Positions 49,220 to 58,176 of a stretch of 64,000 bases of DNA are shown one piece after another. The stretch's first letter is position 1; each line of letters starts with the position of its first letter. The stretch lies in NCBI GenBank assembly GCA_965198005.1, contig CBDAOI010000004.1, positions 32,001 through 96,000 of the forward strand, written 5' to 3'. Made by a program: the position numbers and the translations under genes. Source of the DNA: Spirochaetia bacterium. GTDB lineage: Bacteria; Spirochaetota; Spirochaetia; SZUA-6; Bin103. The notes under the pieces are model-generated. The model saw only the letters and a program-made list of their open reading frames with translations, did not search any database and was not told the DNA's origin.

Positions 49220-49279
49220 TCGCCGCTCCCGCTGAGCCGGCTGCACAGCTGTCGACCGGCGCCCTTACTACCTCTTGAA

Positions 49280-49864
49280 CTATGCATGGTCAACGCCATT
49301 GAGGAGCGCCTCCAGAAAGCCTCTGAAGCTCGGACTGCGACGAGCGATGGTCTCCGCATCCAGAGTGCGGGCGATCTCCTCCGAGACGCGAGCGGTATAT
49401 CCCTGGCTGAGAATGTTCTTCAAGTGAAGCTTGGGGTTCTCTATCTCGTCCGGACGCGAGTCATCGACTCTTCCCAGGTCGCGCTTGAGATAGCCTCGGA
49501 GATTCCCACCGTCAGCGAAGTACCATGCTTCGAGATGCCGTTGCGCGTGTGCGTATTGCATCTTCTTCTCGATCTCATCGGGTAACCGACGGGATAGTTC
49601 GTCTCTTATCTGACGCACAACCTGATCGGGTGAGTTCCTATCGACATCTACCAGCAGGACGATTTTGTCCAGCTCGGCACCCAGGTTCTCATACCATAGC
49701 GACTTGATGATCTTTTCTGCCACGCCGACATCAAGTGCCTTGTTTCGTGGTGGAATACGCACGTCATCCACCGAAGTGCCCTGCTGCTGGAGATGTGACA
49801 CAAGTTGCGGCAGCGAACGCCGCTCGGTCTCGCCGGAGGCAACGACGACCACGTGACCAGCCAC
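49280..49864 (-). CDS. DUF4276-like (TOPRIM-type) protein
   Basis: VVASGETE, LVDVD, EAWYFAD, SPSF; directly downstream of an ABC ATPase. Confidence 0.75.
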   Translation of the reverse strand: MAGHVVVVASGETERRSLPQLVSHLQQQGTSVDDVRIPPRNKALDVGVAEKIIKSLWYENLGAELDKIVLLVDVDRNSPDQVVRQIRDELSRRLPDEIEKKMQYAHAQRHLEAWYFADGGNLRGYLKRDLGRVDDSRPDEIENPKLHLKNILSQGYTARVSEEIARTLDAETIARRSPSFRGFLEALLNGVDHA

Positions 49865-49865
49865 G

Positions 49866-50999
49866 TCAAGGCGCCCCGAAGCCCTTCGTCTGATGAAATT
49901 CGCCCAAGCTGAATCCTGAAGCGTTCAGAGCACGGCGAACTCCGTCGGGATTCGCTTCGCGATTGACGGCTGTCCCCTCCCGGTCACCACGTTGTACGAC
50001 GCATACGGAAGCCGGATCGTCCAGTAGATCGAGCAGCAGGGGCGAGTGCGTCGTCACCATGAATTGTACACGGTACTGGGAATCGCGCAGATACTCGACG
50101 AAGGCAGACAGAGCGCTCGGGTGGATGTAGTTCTCCGGCTCCTCGATTCCCAACAAGTTCGTCTCCGGTTTTCCGAGGAGCGCCGTCATCAGTGCTAGCG
50201 TTCGCAGTGTCCCGCTAGACACTCCCATCTGGTGGACAGAGTAATGGAGACCCGGCTCCGACTGCACGAAATAAAACCGATCTTCCGACTCGCGCGTTTC
50301 GATGCCCACCGGGAGACCGACGATGTTCTGAGTCGCAGAACGGATACGGTCTACGATCTCGGGAGACGAACTGGCAAGGGCATGAAGCGTCTCACCCAGG
50401 TTGCGCCCGTAATGATCGAGTCGGCTCGATTCCAGTCCTGACCAGTCACGGCGGAGCAGAAACGGATTCGGATCGAAGAAGCCCCACCGACGCACGAAAT
50501 CAGCGATTTCGCGTGCGGGAAAGGACGCGTCCGCTGCGGCGGCCGCGAGCGCACAGACCGTCGCCGGCTGCTCCATCTCGACTCGCTCGCTCGTGGTGTT
50601 TGACCACCACCAGCCGGTTCCACCGTCGGCCTCCAGCAACACGACTGGTGGAGACTGGGACGGGAGCCGTGCAACACGCTCCCCGACGCGAAAGTGATGT
50701 CCTTGTCTCGTGATCTGAATCGACCATTCGGTAGACTCTTCATCGTCCTGCAGAATCACCGCCAAGTCGATCTGATGCGCTTGCTCACCCTTCCACGCAA
50801 GATTGAGGATACCCCCGCGCGTAAACACCGGTGCTTCGAAGTCACGGGCATGCATTCCTTCATGGAGAAAGCGCAGCGCATCGAGGATGGTGCTCTTTCC
50901 GGCGGCGTTGGCGCCAATGAACAGGTTGAAGTCCTCCAACTTGATGCTCACGTCGCGCAGACTGCGATAGTTCTTCGCCTTGAGGCTCAACAACTTCAT
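49866..50999 (-). CDS. AAA_21 ABC-type ATPase
   Basis: IGANAAGKS, SSGT, IEEPEN.IHP, TTHSP. Confidence 0.9.
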   Translation of the reverse strand: MKLLSLKAKNYRSLRDVSIKLEDFNLFIGANAAGKSTILDALRFLHEGMHARDFEAPVFTRGGILNLAWKGEQAHQIDLAVILQDDEESTEWSIQITRQGHHFRVGERVARLPSQSPPVVLLEADGGTGWWWSNTTSERVEMEQPATVCALAAAAADASFPAREIADFVRRWGFFDPNPFLLRRDWSGLESSRLDHYGRNLGETLHALASSSPEIVDRIRSATQNIVGLPVGIETRESEDRFYFVQSEPGLHYSVHQMGVSSGTLRTLALMTALLGKPETNLLGIEEPENYIHPSALSAFVEYLRDSQYRVQFMVTTHSPLLLDLLDDPASVCVVQRGDREGTAVNREANPDGVRRALNASGFSLGEFHQTKGFGAP

Positions 51000-51067
51000 C
51001 GATCAGACACTCCTCTCAAACAGACTGGCGTAGTGCCCAGCGCTGATTCGTATCGTCCGCTGTCCGT

Positions 51068-54000
51068 TCACGCGCCGTTCCTGGCGAGGCGGCTGGAGAG
51101 GTCCTGCAGGAACAGGTTCACCTGCGGCTCGACGTCGCGCAGCGACCGGTTGGTGCGGAACTTCTTGTGATGGGCGGACTCGAAGTCGGTGTCCAGCATC
51201 TCGCGCAGGAGCGGCCTTCTGGTCCGGACCTCATGCTTCTGATACTGCATCGTCACGCCGTCAGCGCGGTAGTCGTCAAGGATCGCCCGCCACGAGTCGA
51301 GCAGGTCACCGATCCGGTTCTGAACGCTGCGCCGCCGCTCTTCGCGTTCGTCGTCGTCCTGCAGAGGCTGTTCGTTGATCCGGGCGCGGAAGACATCGAG
51401 CAACAGTCGTTCGAGCTCCACTCGCTCTGCCTCGATCGCCTCCACCCCGGCCGGCGGCGTCATCGCCGGGCGTGAGTGACGGGCAAGCGTCACCACTGCC
51501 CCCGCGAAGCCGCGATCCAGGGCGCGGGCCGCGAACGGCGTCACGCTGGCGACCTCGACCGAGCGGTAGAAGGTCTCGTGGTAGTGCCGGAAGCGTTCGT
51601 AATGCGACCGGTCACGCGGGCGGTGCACGTTGTAGAGCGTCACCACCAGTCCGGGGCGGCGATCATCGCGTCCGACCCGGCTGGTGGCCTGGATGTACTC
51701 CGCATTGGTCTTCGGCTGGCCGTAGACCAGCATCAGCCCGAGCCGCTGAATGTCCAGGCCCACCGAGATCATGTTGGTGGCGATGGCGCAGTCCACCCGC
51801 TGCTTGCGGTCGTGGAAGGTGGTTTGCAGCCGCCGCCGCGCCTCGGCCACGCGGTCGGTGCTCACCCGCGAGGTCAGCTCGACCACGTCGGAGAAGCTGG
51901 AGCGGTCGCGAAACAGACCCTGCGCCTCGCCGAGCCGCTTGCGGTCGCCGTAGCGCTTGAGCGTGTTCTGGACCTCTTCTTCCAGGATGCGCCGCGCGCC
52001 GCCGAGTTCGCGCAGGCTGTTGAAGTAGCCGAGCACGGTCATGTAGGGATCGGCCGGGTTGTCCGGATTCCGGGGACCGCCGGCGTCGCGCCACGCCCGC
52101 TCGGCCGCGCCCATGAGCGTCAGTACTACCCGGCGCATCGCCTCCTTCGGGTTGCGGCCCTGGGAGGCGATCCCTACGTACTCGCGCGCATTGCGCTCCG
52201 ATGCGGGCATGGTGCGGGCGAAGAACGAATCGCTGCGTGCCGGTCCCGGCGGCGGGAAGACGTGCGTCGCCGGTCGCCCGAACAGCCCCTGAATCTGTTC
52301 CCGCGCGCGGCGAACCGTGGCCGTGGAAGCGACGATCTTCGGCTTCACCTGCCGGCCGTCGATCTCCCGCACGCACAGCGCTTCGATCGCCGCCTCGTAG
52401 AGGCCGGCCATGGTCCCGAGCGGCCCGGAGATCAGGTGCAACTCGTCCTGGATGACGAGGTCCGGCGGCGGGAGCGGACGGCTCAGACGGTTGCCGCGGC
52501 GCGGTTCGGCCGCGCCGTAGAACCCGACGTCGTCATGGCGGTCGGCGCCGCCGAGGAGCGCGCCGGATTCGCCCACCCACGGCAGCGACGCGAACTTGTC
52601 CACGGTGGCGACCAGAAAGGCGGGCAGGCGCCGGTACAATGGCTCGTCCACGGCGACGATCGGCAACGGCGTGTCGCCAGAGAAGTCGCACTCCCAGTCG
52701 GCGCAGACGATACGCAGCTCGGTGGGATGGTCGGCGTCCGGCAGCAGCGTGAAGGAATTCGGGGTGAAATCCTCGCCACACCAGGGGCAGGCCTCCAGCG
52801 GAATGGGCGCCGGCTTGCCCTGCGGATTGTTCTTGTACTGGCTGACCTTGCTGCGCGCCGAGTCCGAACGGTTGTCGCCGCGTTCGCCGAGTCGGTTGGG
52901 CGTGCCCGCCTTGCCCACCCACAAGCCGATTTCGAACGGCCACCCGCCGTACCGGCCGGCGTCCTTGCGCCGCTCCAGCTCCAGTGCGCACACCAGGCCG
53001 GCGGCGCGTCCAAGCTGGTCCAGGGTCAGCAGCCGCAGGGTGTATCGCATGATGACGCTGACTCCGGCTCCAGCCCGGCCGCCGTCTTCCGGATTGCGCA
53101 GCCGCCGCAACACCATGGTAAACGCGGCGAGCCCGAGATACGCCTCGGTCTTGCCGCCGCCGGTCGGAAAGAACAGCAGGTCCACGAACTCACGTTCCGG
53201 ATTGGCGGGGTCGGCGAGACCGGGGAGGTTCAGCAACAGGAAGGCGAGCTGAAAGGCGCGCCAGCGTGGCGGCTCGGAACCCCTTTCGCGGGCCAGGCGC
53301 CGCGCCAGCGCCGCGGCAACGGCGCGGTTCGCGACGCGGAAGGCATCGAGTGCGTCCTGATCCTGAGCCAGCACGCGGATGCCCCGTTCGATGCGGCCGG
53401 CGGCGGACCGGGCATGGAACAGAAGCTCCTCGGCGGTGTCACGTGCCTCACCCGCCGGGTCGGTCAGCGCGGCGTGCTGCTGCTTGATCCAGGCCTGGTA
53501 ACCGGTAGCCAGCGGCGTCAACGCACGTTCCGCGGCGGCGCCGTCGGTCAAGTCGCCGAGCGCCGCCATGCCGAGTTCCACCCGCGGCATCTCGACGGTC
53601 TCCGTCTTCTCGACGTGGGCCGACGGAATCCACCTGGTGAGAATGAGGCGGCAGGCTGTGTCGGCCAGCTCCCAGTCCGCCGCAACCCCGTGGCCGGCCG
53701 CGTATTCGGGCGTATCGGCGTAGTGCAGATCGGCGACGCGCTCATCGGGATCGTCGCCGGTCCCTCCGCGCGGATCGGGCCGCGGGACGAACGGCGCTGG
53801 GCCGGTCACCTCCAACTGGGCCTGAAAGGCGAACGCCTCGTCGCGCACAGCCTCCGCTGACGGGGGCCGTTCGTTCACCAGGAACACCGACACGGAGCGC
53901 GTCCCCGGAGCGATCCGGCCCGCAAGGCTCTCAGCGTTCACAGGACGGGCGACCACGTGGAGGAGCAGCCCGCGCGAACCGGGGACGCGGTACTGGCGCG

Positions 54001-54556
54001 TATCGTTCGCAGCCGGAATCATCACCGGGACGGCCTCCTGATGGGGCACACGTTGCCACCAGGTCGACGCCGTACGGCTGTCCCCCGCGGCAGCCTCGTC
54101 GTCCGTGCTCTCCGTCCCGTCGCGCGACTCCCCGGTTTCGGCCGCGCCATCCGAGCCTTCGGCCTCCGAGGCTCCTTCCGTGACGGGGCGGTAGTCGCCC
54201 CAGCAGACCGTCAACTCGAGGTCGTCGACTTCCGCCGCAACCAGAAAGCTCAAGCCCATCGAAGACGGAAAGAAGCCCTTCTTGGCCGGTCGGCGGTCTT
54301 CCGTGGAATCATCGCCGAGACCGCCTTCACCCGCGACCTCCGGATCGAAGTCATCGTCCGCGTCGGCGTCCGCGCGCTGTTCCGCCGGCGCCCCTCGTGG
54401 GACCAGAAACCCCGTAAGGTACCAGTTGGACGGCCGCACCCACCCCGGCAGCCGCTCGTCCGCCAGTGGATGCCAAGCCCCGGGACCAACCAGGTCGAGC
54501 TCCAGCGCCTCCCGCAGCCGGAAGCGCACGCCAACCGGTCGGGTCACCTGCCCCAT
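51068..54556 (-). CDS. drmA: DISARM helicase
   Basis: LDLVGP, PSSMGLSF, FPTGGGKTEAY, QDELHL, ASTAT, QATSRVGR. Confidence 0.94.
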   Translation of the reverse strand: MGQVTRPVGVRFRLREALELDLVGPGAWHPLADERLPGWVRPSNWYLTGFLVPRGAPAEQRADADADDDFDPEVAGEGGLGDDSTEDRRPAKKGFFPSSMGLSFLVAAEVDDLELTVCWGDYRPVTEGASEAEGSDGAAETGESRDGTESTDDEAAAGDSRTASTWWQRVPHQEAVPVMIPAANDTRQYRVPGSRGLLLHVVARPVNAESLAGRIAPGTRSVSVFLVNERPPSAEAVRDEAFAFQAQLEVTGPAPFVPRPDPRGGTGDDPDERVADLHYADTPEYAAGHGVAADWELADTACRLILTRWIPSAHVEKTETVEMPRVELGMAALGDLTDGAAAERALTPLATGYQAWIKQQHAALTDPAGEARDTAEELLFHARSAAGRIERGIRVLAQDQDALDAFRVANRAVAAALARRLARERGSEPPRWRAFQLAFLLLNLPGLADPANPEREFVDLLFFPTGGGKTEAYLGLAAFTMVLRRLRNPEDGGRAGAGVSVIMRYTLRLLTLDQLGRAAGLVCALELERRKDAGRYGGWPFEIGLWVGKAGTPNRLGERGDNRSDSARSKVSQYKNNPQGKPAPIPLEACPWCGEDFTPNSFTLLPDADHPTELRIVCADWECDFSGDTPLPIVAVDEPLYRRLPAFLVATVDKFASLPWVGESGALLGGADRHDDVGFYGAAEPRRGNRLSRPLPPPDLVIQDELHLISGPLGTMAGLYEAAIEALCVREIDGRQVKPKIVASTATVRRAREQIQGLFGRPATHVFPPPGPARSDSFFARTMPASERNAREYVGIASQGRNPKEAMRRVVLTLMGAAERAWRDAGGPRNPDNPADPYMTVLGYFNSLRELGGARRILEEEVQNTLKRYGDRKRLGEAQGLFRDRSSFSDVVELTSRVSTDRVAEARRRLQTTFHDRKQRVDCAIATNMISVGLDIQRLGLMLVYGQPKTNAEYIQATSRVGRDDRRPGLVVTLYNVHRPRDRSHYERFRHYHETFYRSVEVASVTPFAARALDRGFAGAVVTLARHSRPAMTPPAGVEAIEAERVELERLLLDVFRARINEQPLQDDDEREERRRSVQNRIGDLLDSWRAILDDYRADGVTMQYQKHEVRTRRPLLREMLDTDFESAHHKKFRTNRSLRDVEPQVNLFLQDLSSRLARNGA

Positions 54557-54572
54557 GTCGACTCCTGCACCA

Positions 54573-54755
54573 TCAGCGCGGTCGAAAATCCGCTCGCCTC
54601 ACCGCCAGGAGCGTGAATCGAGGCCGTGGCCAGAATGATGCGCGCCGGGCGCATCCCGGTGGACTCTTCGTAGAGCCGGCGCTTGCGCTCCGGATGGGTC
54701 TGAATCGTACGTCCGACGCTGTCGGCGATCTCGACGAGAACGTGCTGTCGATCAT
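54573..54755 (-). pseudogene. Collapsed copy of the HEPN gene
   Basis: Starts MID and ends FTLLAVRRADFRPR*, like 55934-56482 (MID...FTLLTVRRADFRQR*); the same spacer and drmA start follow. Confidence 0.65.
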
Positions 54756-54758
54756 GGA

Positions 54759-55082
54759 TCACGACGTGGAACCGCTCGCCGGCGATGGTGCCCGATGGAG
54801 GGTTGAAGCCGGCCGAATGCCGTCGATGAGCTGATGTCTGTCCCTCGCGAGCTTGCGAAAGTCGCATTCCACCTGGAGTCCGTGCCAGAACTGATCCGAC
54901 TGACGGAAGAAGGCGCCGAAGCGAATAGACATGGCCGGCGTAATCGACCGCCGGCCATGTACGATCTCATTGATTGCACGAGGGGCAACGCCTAGCGCGC
55001 GACTCATTGCGTTCTGAGAGATCCCCATCGGCTTGAGGTATTCCTCAAGGAGAATCTCACCGGGTGTAATCGGAATGTTCAT
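54759..55082 (-). CDS. higA: HigA-family antitoxin
   Basis: [20 protein letters not shown]...[12 protein letters not shown]...FW..LQ. Confidence 0.9.
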   Translation of the reverse strand: MNIPITPGEILLEEYLKPMGISQNAMSRALGVAPRAINEIVHGRRSITPAMSIRFGAFFRQSDQFWHGLQVECDFRKLARDRHQLIDGIRPASTLHRAPSPASGSTS

Positions 55083-55120
55083 CTATTTGACTCTCATACC
55101 AATACGCCATGTGACCATTG

Positions 55121-55168
55121 TCAATGGTAGTCGATCATGACCACTTGGTCGGGTCCGGAATCGGTCCA
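55121..55168 (-). pseudogene. higB: HigB toxin C-terminal remnant
   Basis: Manual translation WTDSGPDQVVMIDYH*, the typical HigB C-terminus, just upstream of higA. Confidence 0.7.
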
Positions 55169-55917
55169 CTTCCAGCTCGGCTTGGAAGGCGAACGCCTCG
55201 TCGCGGGCGGCGTCGGCTGCGGGGGTCCGCCCGTTCACCAGGAACAGCGACACGGATCGCGTCCCCGGCGGAATCCGGCCCGCAAACGTCGTAGCGCTCA
55301 CTGGGCGGGCGACCACATGGAGGATCAGCCCTTGAGAGCCCGGCACCGGCTCCTGGTACGGATCGTCCGCTGGGGCAAGCGTCACCGGGACGCTTTCTTC
55401 ACAGGCCGCGCGTTGCCACCGCGTCGACGCTTTTTCCTCACTCTTCACAGCCGCCCCGTCGACCGCGCCCTCCGTCCCGCCGGACGACTCCCCGCTATCG
55501 GGCGCATCGTCGGTCCTTCCGTCGTCCCGGGATGCGTCCTCGACGTAGCGGTAGTGACCCCACCGGACGGTCACAGCCGGCCTGTCGACGCCCTTTGCGA
55601 CCAAAAAGCTCAGGCCCATCGACGACGGAAAGAAGCTCTTCTTGGCTGATCGGCGGTCTTCCGTAGAGTCATCGCCGAGACCGCCTTCAACCGCGACCTC
55701 CAGATCGAAGTCATCGTCCACGTCGGCATCCGCGCGCTGTTCCGCCGGCGCTCCACGTGGTACAAGCAAACCCGTGAGATACCAGTTGGACGGACGCATC
55801 CACCCCGGCATCCGTTCCGCCGCCAGCGGATGCCCGGCCCCGGGACCAATCAGGTCCAACTCAAGCGCCTCCCGCAGCCGGAACCGCACGTCAGCGGGTC
55901 GGGTCATCTGCCCCCAT
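55169..55917 (-). pseudogene. drmA: Truncated second drmA (N-terminal ~250 aa)
   Basis: Colinear with drmA up to FAFQA.LEV, then fused to the higB remnant; extra G after the ATG. Confidence 0.9.
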
Positions 55918-55933
55918 GCCGACTCCGGCACTA

Positions 55934-56482
55934 TCAGCGCTGGCGAAAGTCGGCTCGCCTCACCGTGAGAAGCGTGAACAGCGCCTCGCGTGCTGCGTCC
56001 GAGGAGTCACGAAGCCGTGTTCGAGCAAGTCGAGCATTCCGACATGCCTCGAGGAGATGCCACTTGACGAACATGACCTCATGATCGTAGTCCGCCAAAT
56101 GCCGATGTTCCTGCATGTCGTTGAACAATCGAAGGCTCTCAACGAGTGCAACATCTTTGGCGACCACGTCAAGCAAAGGTCCGAGTTTCTCAAGCCGTCC
56201 CGGTAGTGGAGCGTCGGGGGCGTGCGTCAGAGTGATGGATCGCTCGACGACGTGCTCCGCAAGCTCCGAGATCTCTCCATGTGACCATGAGCGGCGAATC
56301 TCGTTCTGAATATCGCGAGCGCACGAGGCGACCAGATGATCTGCAGCGTGACTGGTAACGTCATGAAAAACGGCATAGTACGCCGTGCTGATGCCGCGCC
56401 TGATGGCCGCGTCCGTCAGACGCACCGGACGATTGTCCGCAATCTGCTCCGCATGGTCCATAAGGCCGTCGGGGTCAATCAT
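55934..56482 (-). CDS. HEPN-like protein
   Basis: RRGISTAYYAVFH and QEHRHLADYD motifs; overlaps the upstream partner gene. Confidence 0.75.
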   Translation of the reverse strand: MIDPDGLMDHAEQIADNRPVRLTDAAIRRGISTAYYAVFHDVTSHAADHLVASCARDIQNEIRRSWSHGEISELAEHVVERSITLTHAPDAPLPGRLEKLGPLLDVVAKDVALVESLRLFNDMQEHRHLADYDHEVMFVKWHLLEACRNARLARTRLRDSSDAAREALFTLLTVRRADFRQR

Positions 56483-56840
56483 GCACAGTCACCCTGGGGC
56501 GTCCGGCAACCGTGACCACGTAGACACCCCATTCATCGACCTTGGTGCCGACCAAGCGCCGCCGCAGGTCGTCGATCGCGCTTCCGGCTGCTTCATATGG
56601 ATAGTCACGTGTGTCTGAGTCGTTGTCGAGATCAAGCACTACCGCGAACACGAAGATCAAGCGATCCTTGCTGCCGTACCGGGTGGTCCATTCGGCGTCG
56701 TAAGCCGGAGAGTCCGCCGGCAGGTTCTCGACGAACTCCGTCCTGACCCGCTCGGCGTCCTGCTTCGCCGCGTCCAGCGCCGCCTGGAACTCGGCGGCAC
56801 TGAGCTCATCCTGCCACGGGTACACGCTCGGGTAGCTCAT
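56475..56840 (-). CDS. Unknown HEPN-partner protein, copy 3
   Basis: 121 aa; near-identical N-half to 57138-57506 and 57517-58002. Confidence 0.75.
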   Translation of the reverse strand: MSYPSVYPWQDELSAAEFQAALDAAKQDAERVRTEFVENLPADSPAYDAEWTTRYGSKDRLIFVFAVVLDLDNDSDTRDYPYEAAGSAIDDLRRRLVGTKVDEWGVYVVTVAGRPRVTVHD

Positions 56841-56847
56841 GGTCCTC

Positions 56848-56876
56848 AGCCTACCGGGCTATTGCCTCCCTCTCAA
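56848..56876 (-). promoter_or_regulatory. Putative leaderless sigma70 promoter, copy 3
   Basis: TTGAGA-17-TAGGCT-7 nt-ATG; hexamers conserved in three copies while spacers diverge. Confidence 0.65.
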
Positions 56877-56989
56877 GCTCGATGCCGACGGCTCCGACGG
56901 GTGTGCTGCCTCTCGCCGGTGCCGCTCACCGCTTCGCCCACGCTCGCGGTCGTGCCGAATCCGACCGTTCGTAATCCTGCGGCGAAGCC

Positions 56990-57145
56990 ACCAGATGAAA
57001 TGATTCGCGGCGTGTCCGGTCAGGTCATGACAGACCGCTCAGTAGGCAGCGCTGCGCGATGCCTGAGAGCCCCGTCCGTCGGACGACCTCCGCCGGCGCC
57101 CGCAAGCTACTCCGCGTGCCCGAGGAGTCCGTCGGGGTCAATCAT
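56990..57145 (-). pseudogene. Degraded HEPN copy
   Basis: MIDPDGLLGHAE*LAG...RPTDGALR, frameshift, SAAY*AVCHDLTGHAANH. Confidence 0.8.
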
Positions 57146-57506
57146 CGGATGACGATCGGGGGCGACCGGTCACGGTGACCACGAAGACGCCCCACTTACC
57201 AACCTTGGTGCCGGCAATTCGCCTGCGCAGGTCAGTGGTAGCGTTATCCGCCGCTTCGCCGGGGTAGTCACGTATATCGAAGTCGTCACCGTCGAGATCA
57301 AGCACCACCGAGAACACGAAGATCACTCGATCCTTGCTGCCGTACCGGGTGGTCCACTCGGCGTCGTAGGCGGGAGAGCCGGGCGGCAGGCTCTCGACGA
57401 ACTCCTTCCTGACCCGCTCGGCGTCCTGTTTCGCCGCGTCCAGCGCCGCCTGAAACTCGGCAGCACTGAGCTCATCCTGCCACGCATACACGCTCGGCCA
57501 GCCCAT
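57138..57506 (-). CDS. Unknown HEPN-partner protein, copy 2
   Basis: 122-aa intact paralogue. Confidence 0.75.
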   Translation of the reverse strand: MGWPSVYAWQDELSAAEFQAALDAAKQDAERVRKEFVESLPPGSPAYDAEWTTRYGSKDRVIFVFSVVLDLDGDDFDIRDYPGEAADNATTDLRRRIAGTKVGKWGVFVVTVTGRPRSSSDD

Positions 57507-57513
57507 GATCCTC

Positions 57514-57542
57514 AGCCTACCGCGCTATGCCGTCCCTCTCAA
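57514..57542 (-). promoter_or_regulatory. Putative leaderless sigma70 promoter, copy 2
   Basis: TTGAGA-17-TAGGCT-7 nt-ATG. Confidence 0.65.
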
Positions 57543-58002
57543 GCTCAGATGGGCATGTGCGTTCTTGTTGGCAGCTCGTCCGTTCCTCGTCGTTCGCTCG
57601 ACGCTCCCCGAGCGTCCGCTCAGGCGAGACACTCAGTGCATCGGATGACTGTCTGGGGCGACCGGTTACGGTGACCACGAAGACACCCCGTTTAGCGACC
57701 TTGGTGCCGAGCAGGCGTTTGCGCAGGTCAGTGGTCGCGTTACGTGCCGCTTCGTAGGAATAGTCACGTATATCGAAGTCGTCACCGTCAAGATCGAGCA
57801 CCACCGAGAACTCGAAGATCAATCGATCCTTGCTGCCGTACCGGGTGGTCCACTCGGCGTCGTAGGCGGGAGAGCCGGGCGGCAGGCTCGCGACGAACTC
57901 CTTCCTGACCCGCACGGCATCCTGCTTCGCCGCGTCCAGCGCCGGCTGGAACTCCGTGGCACTGAGTTCATCCTGCCACGCATACACGCTCGGCCAGCCC
58001 AT
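57517..58002 (-). CDS. Unknown HEPN-partner protein, copy 1 (stop lost, read-through tail)
   Basis: Matches copy 2 up to ...GRPR.SSD, then 40 unrelated residues where the HEPN gene would be. Confidence 0.7.
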   Translation of the reverse strand: MGWPSVYAWQDELSATEFQPALDAAKQDAVRVRKEFVASLPPGSPAYDAEWTTRYGSKDRLIFEFSVVLDLDGDDFDIRDYSYEAARNATTDLRKRLLGTKVAKRGVFVVTVTGRPRQSSDALSVSPERTLGERRANDEERTSCQQERTCPSELERDGIAR

Positions 58003-58009
58003 GATCCTC

Positions 58010-58039
58010 AGCCTACGCAGGCCATCTCATCCCTCTCAA
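58010..58039 (-). promoter_or_regulatory. Putative leaderless sigma70 promoter, copy 1
   Basis: TTGAGA-18-TAGGCT-7 nt-ATG. Confidence 0.6.
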
Positions 58040-58051
58040 GCTCGATACTAC

Positions 58052-58155
58052 GCTGCTCGTTCGCCAGCATATGCCTGGCTCCCGGACCTATCAGCTCGAG
58101 CGCACGCGCGTGCCGCAGCCGGTACCGTGTCATCGGGTTGGACCACCTGCTCCAT
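58052..58155 (-). pseudogene. drmA: Third, degenerate drmA 5' end
   Basis: GGAG-5nt-ATG GAG CAG GTG..., then RYRLRHARALELIGPGARHMLANEQ versus drmA RFRLREALELDLVGPGAWHPLADER. Confidence 0.75.
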
Positions 58156-58176
58156 GTCATCTCCAGAAGCCATCCG

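Noticed and set aside
51476-53860. Long antisense or alternative-frame ORFs (also 41179-43194, 41174-43054, 47534-49585, 4484-6001, 30725-32191)
   Set aside because: Expected shadows of real genes in high-GC DNA; no recognisable motifs.
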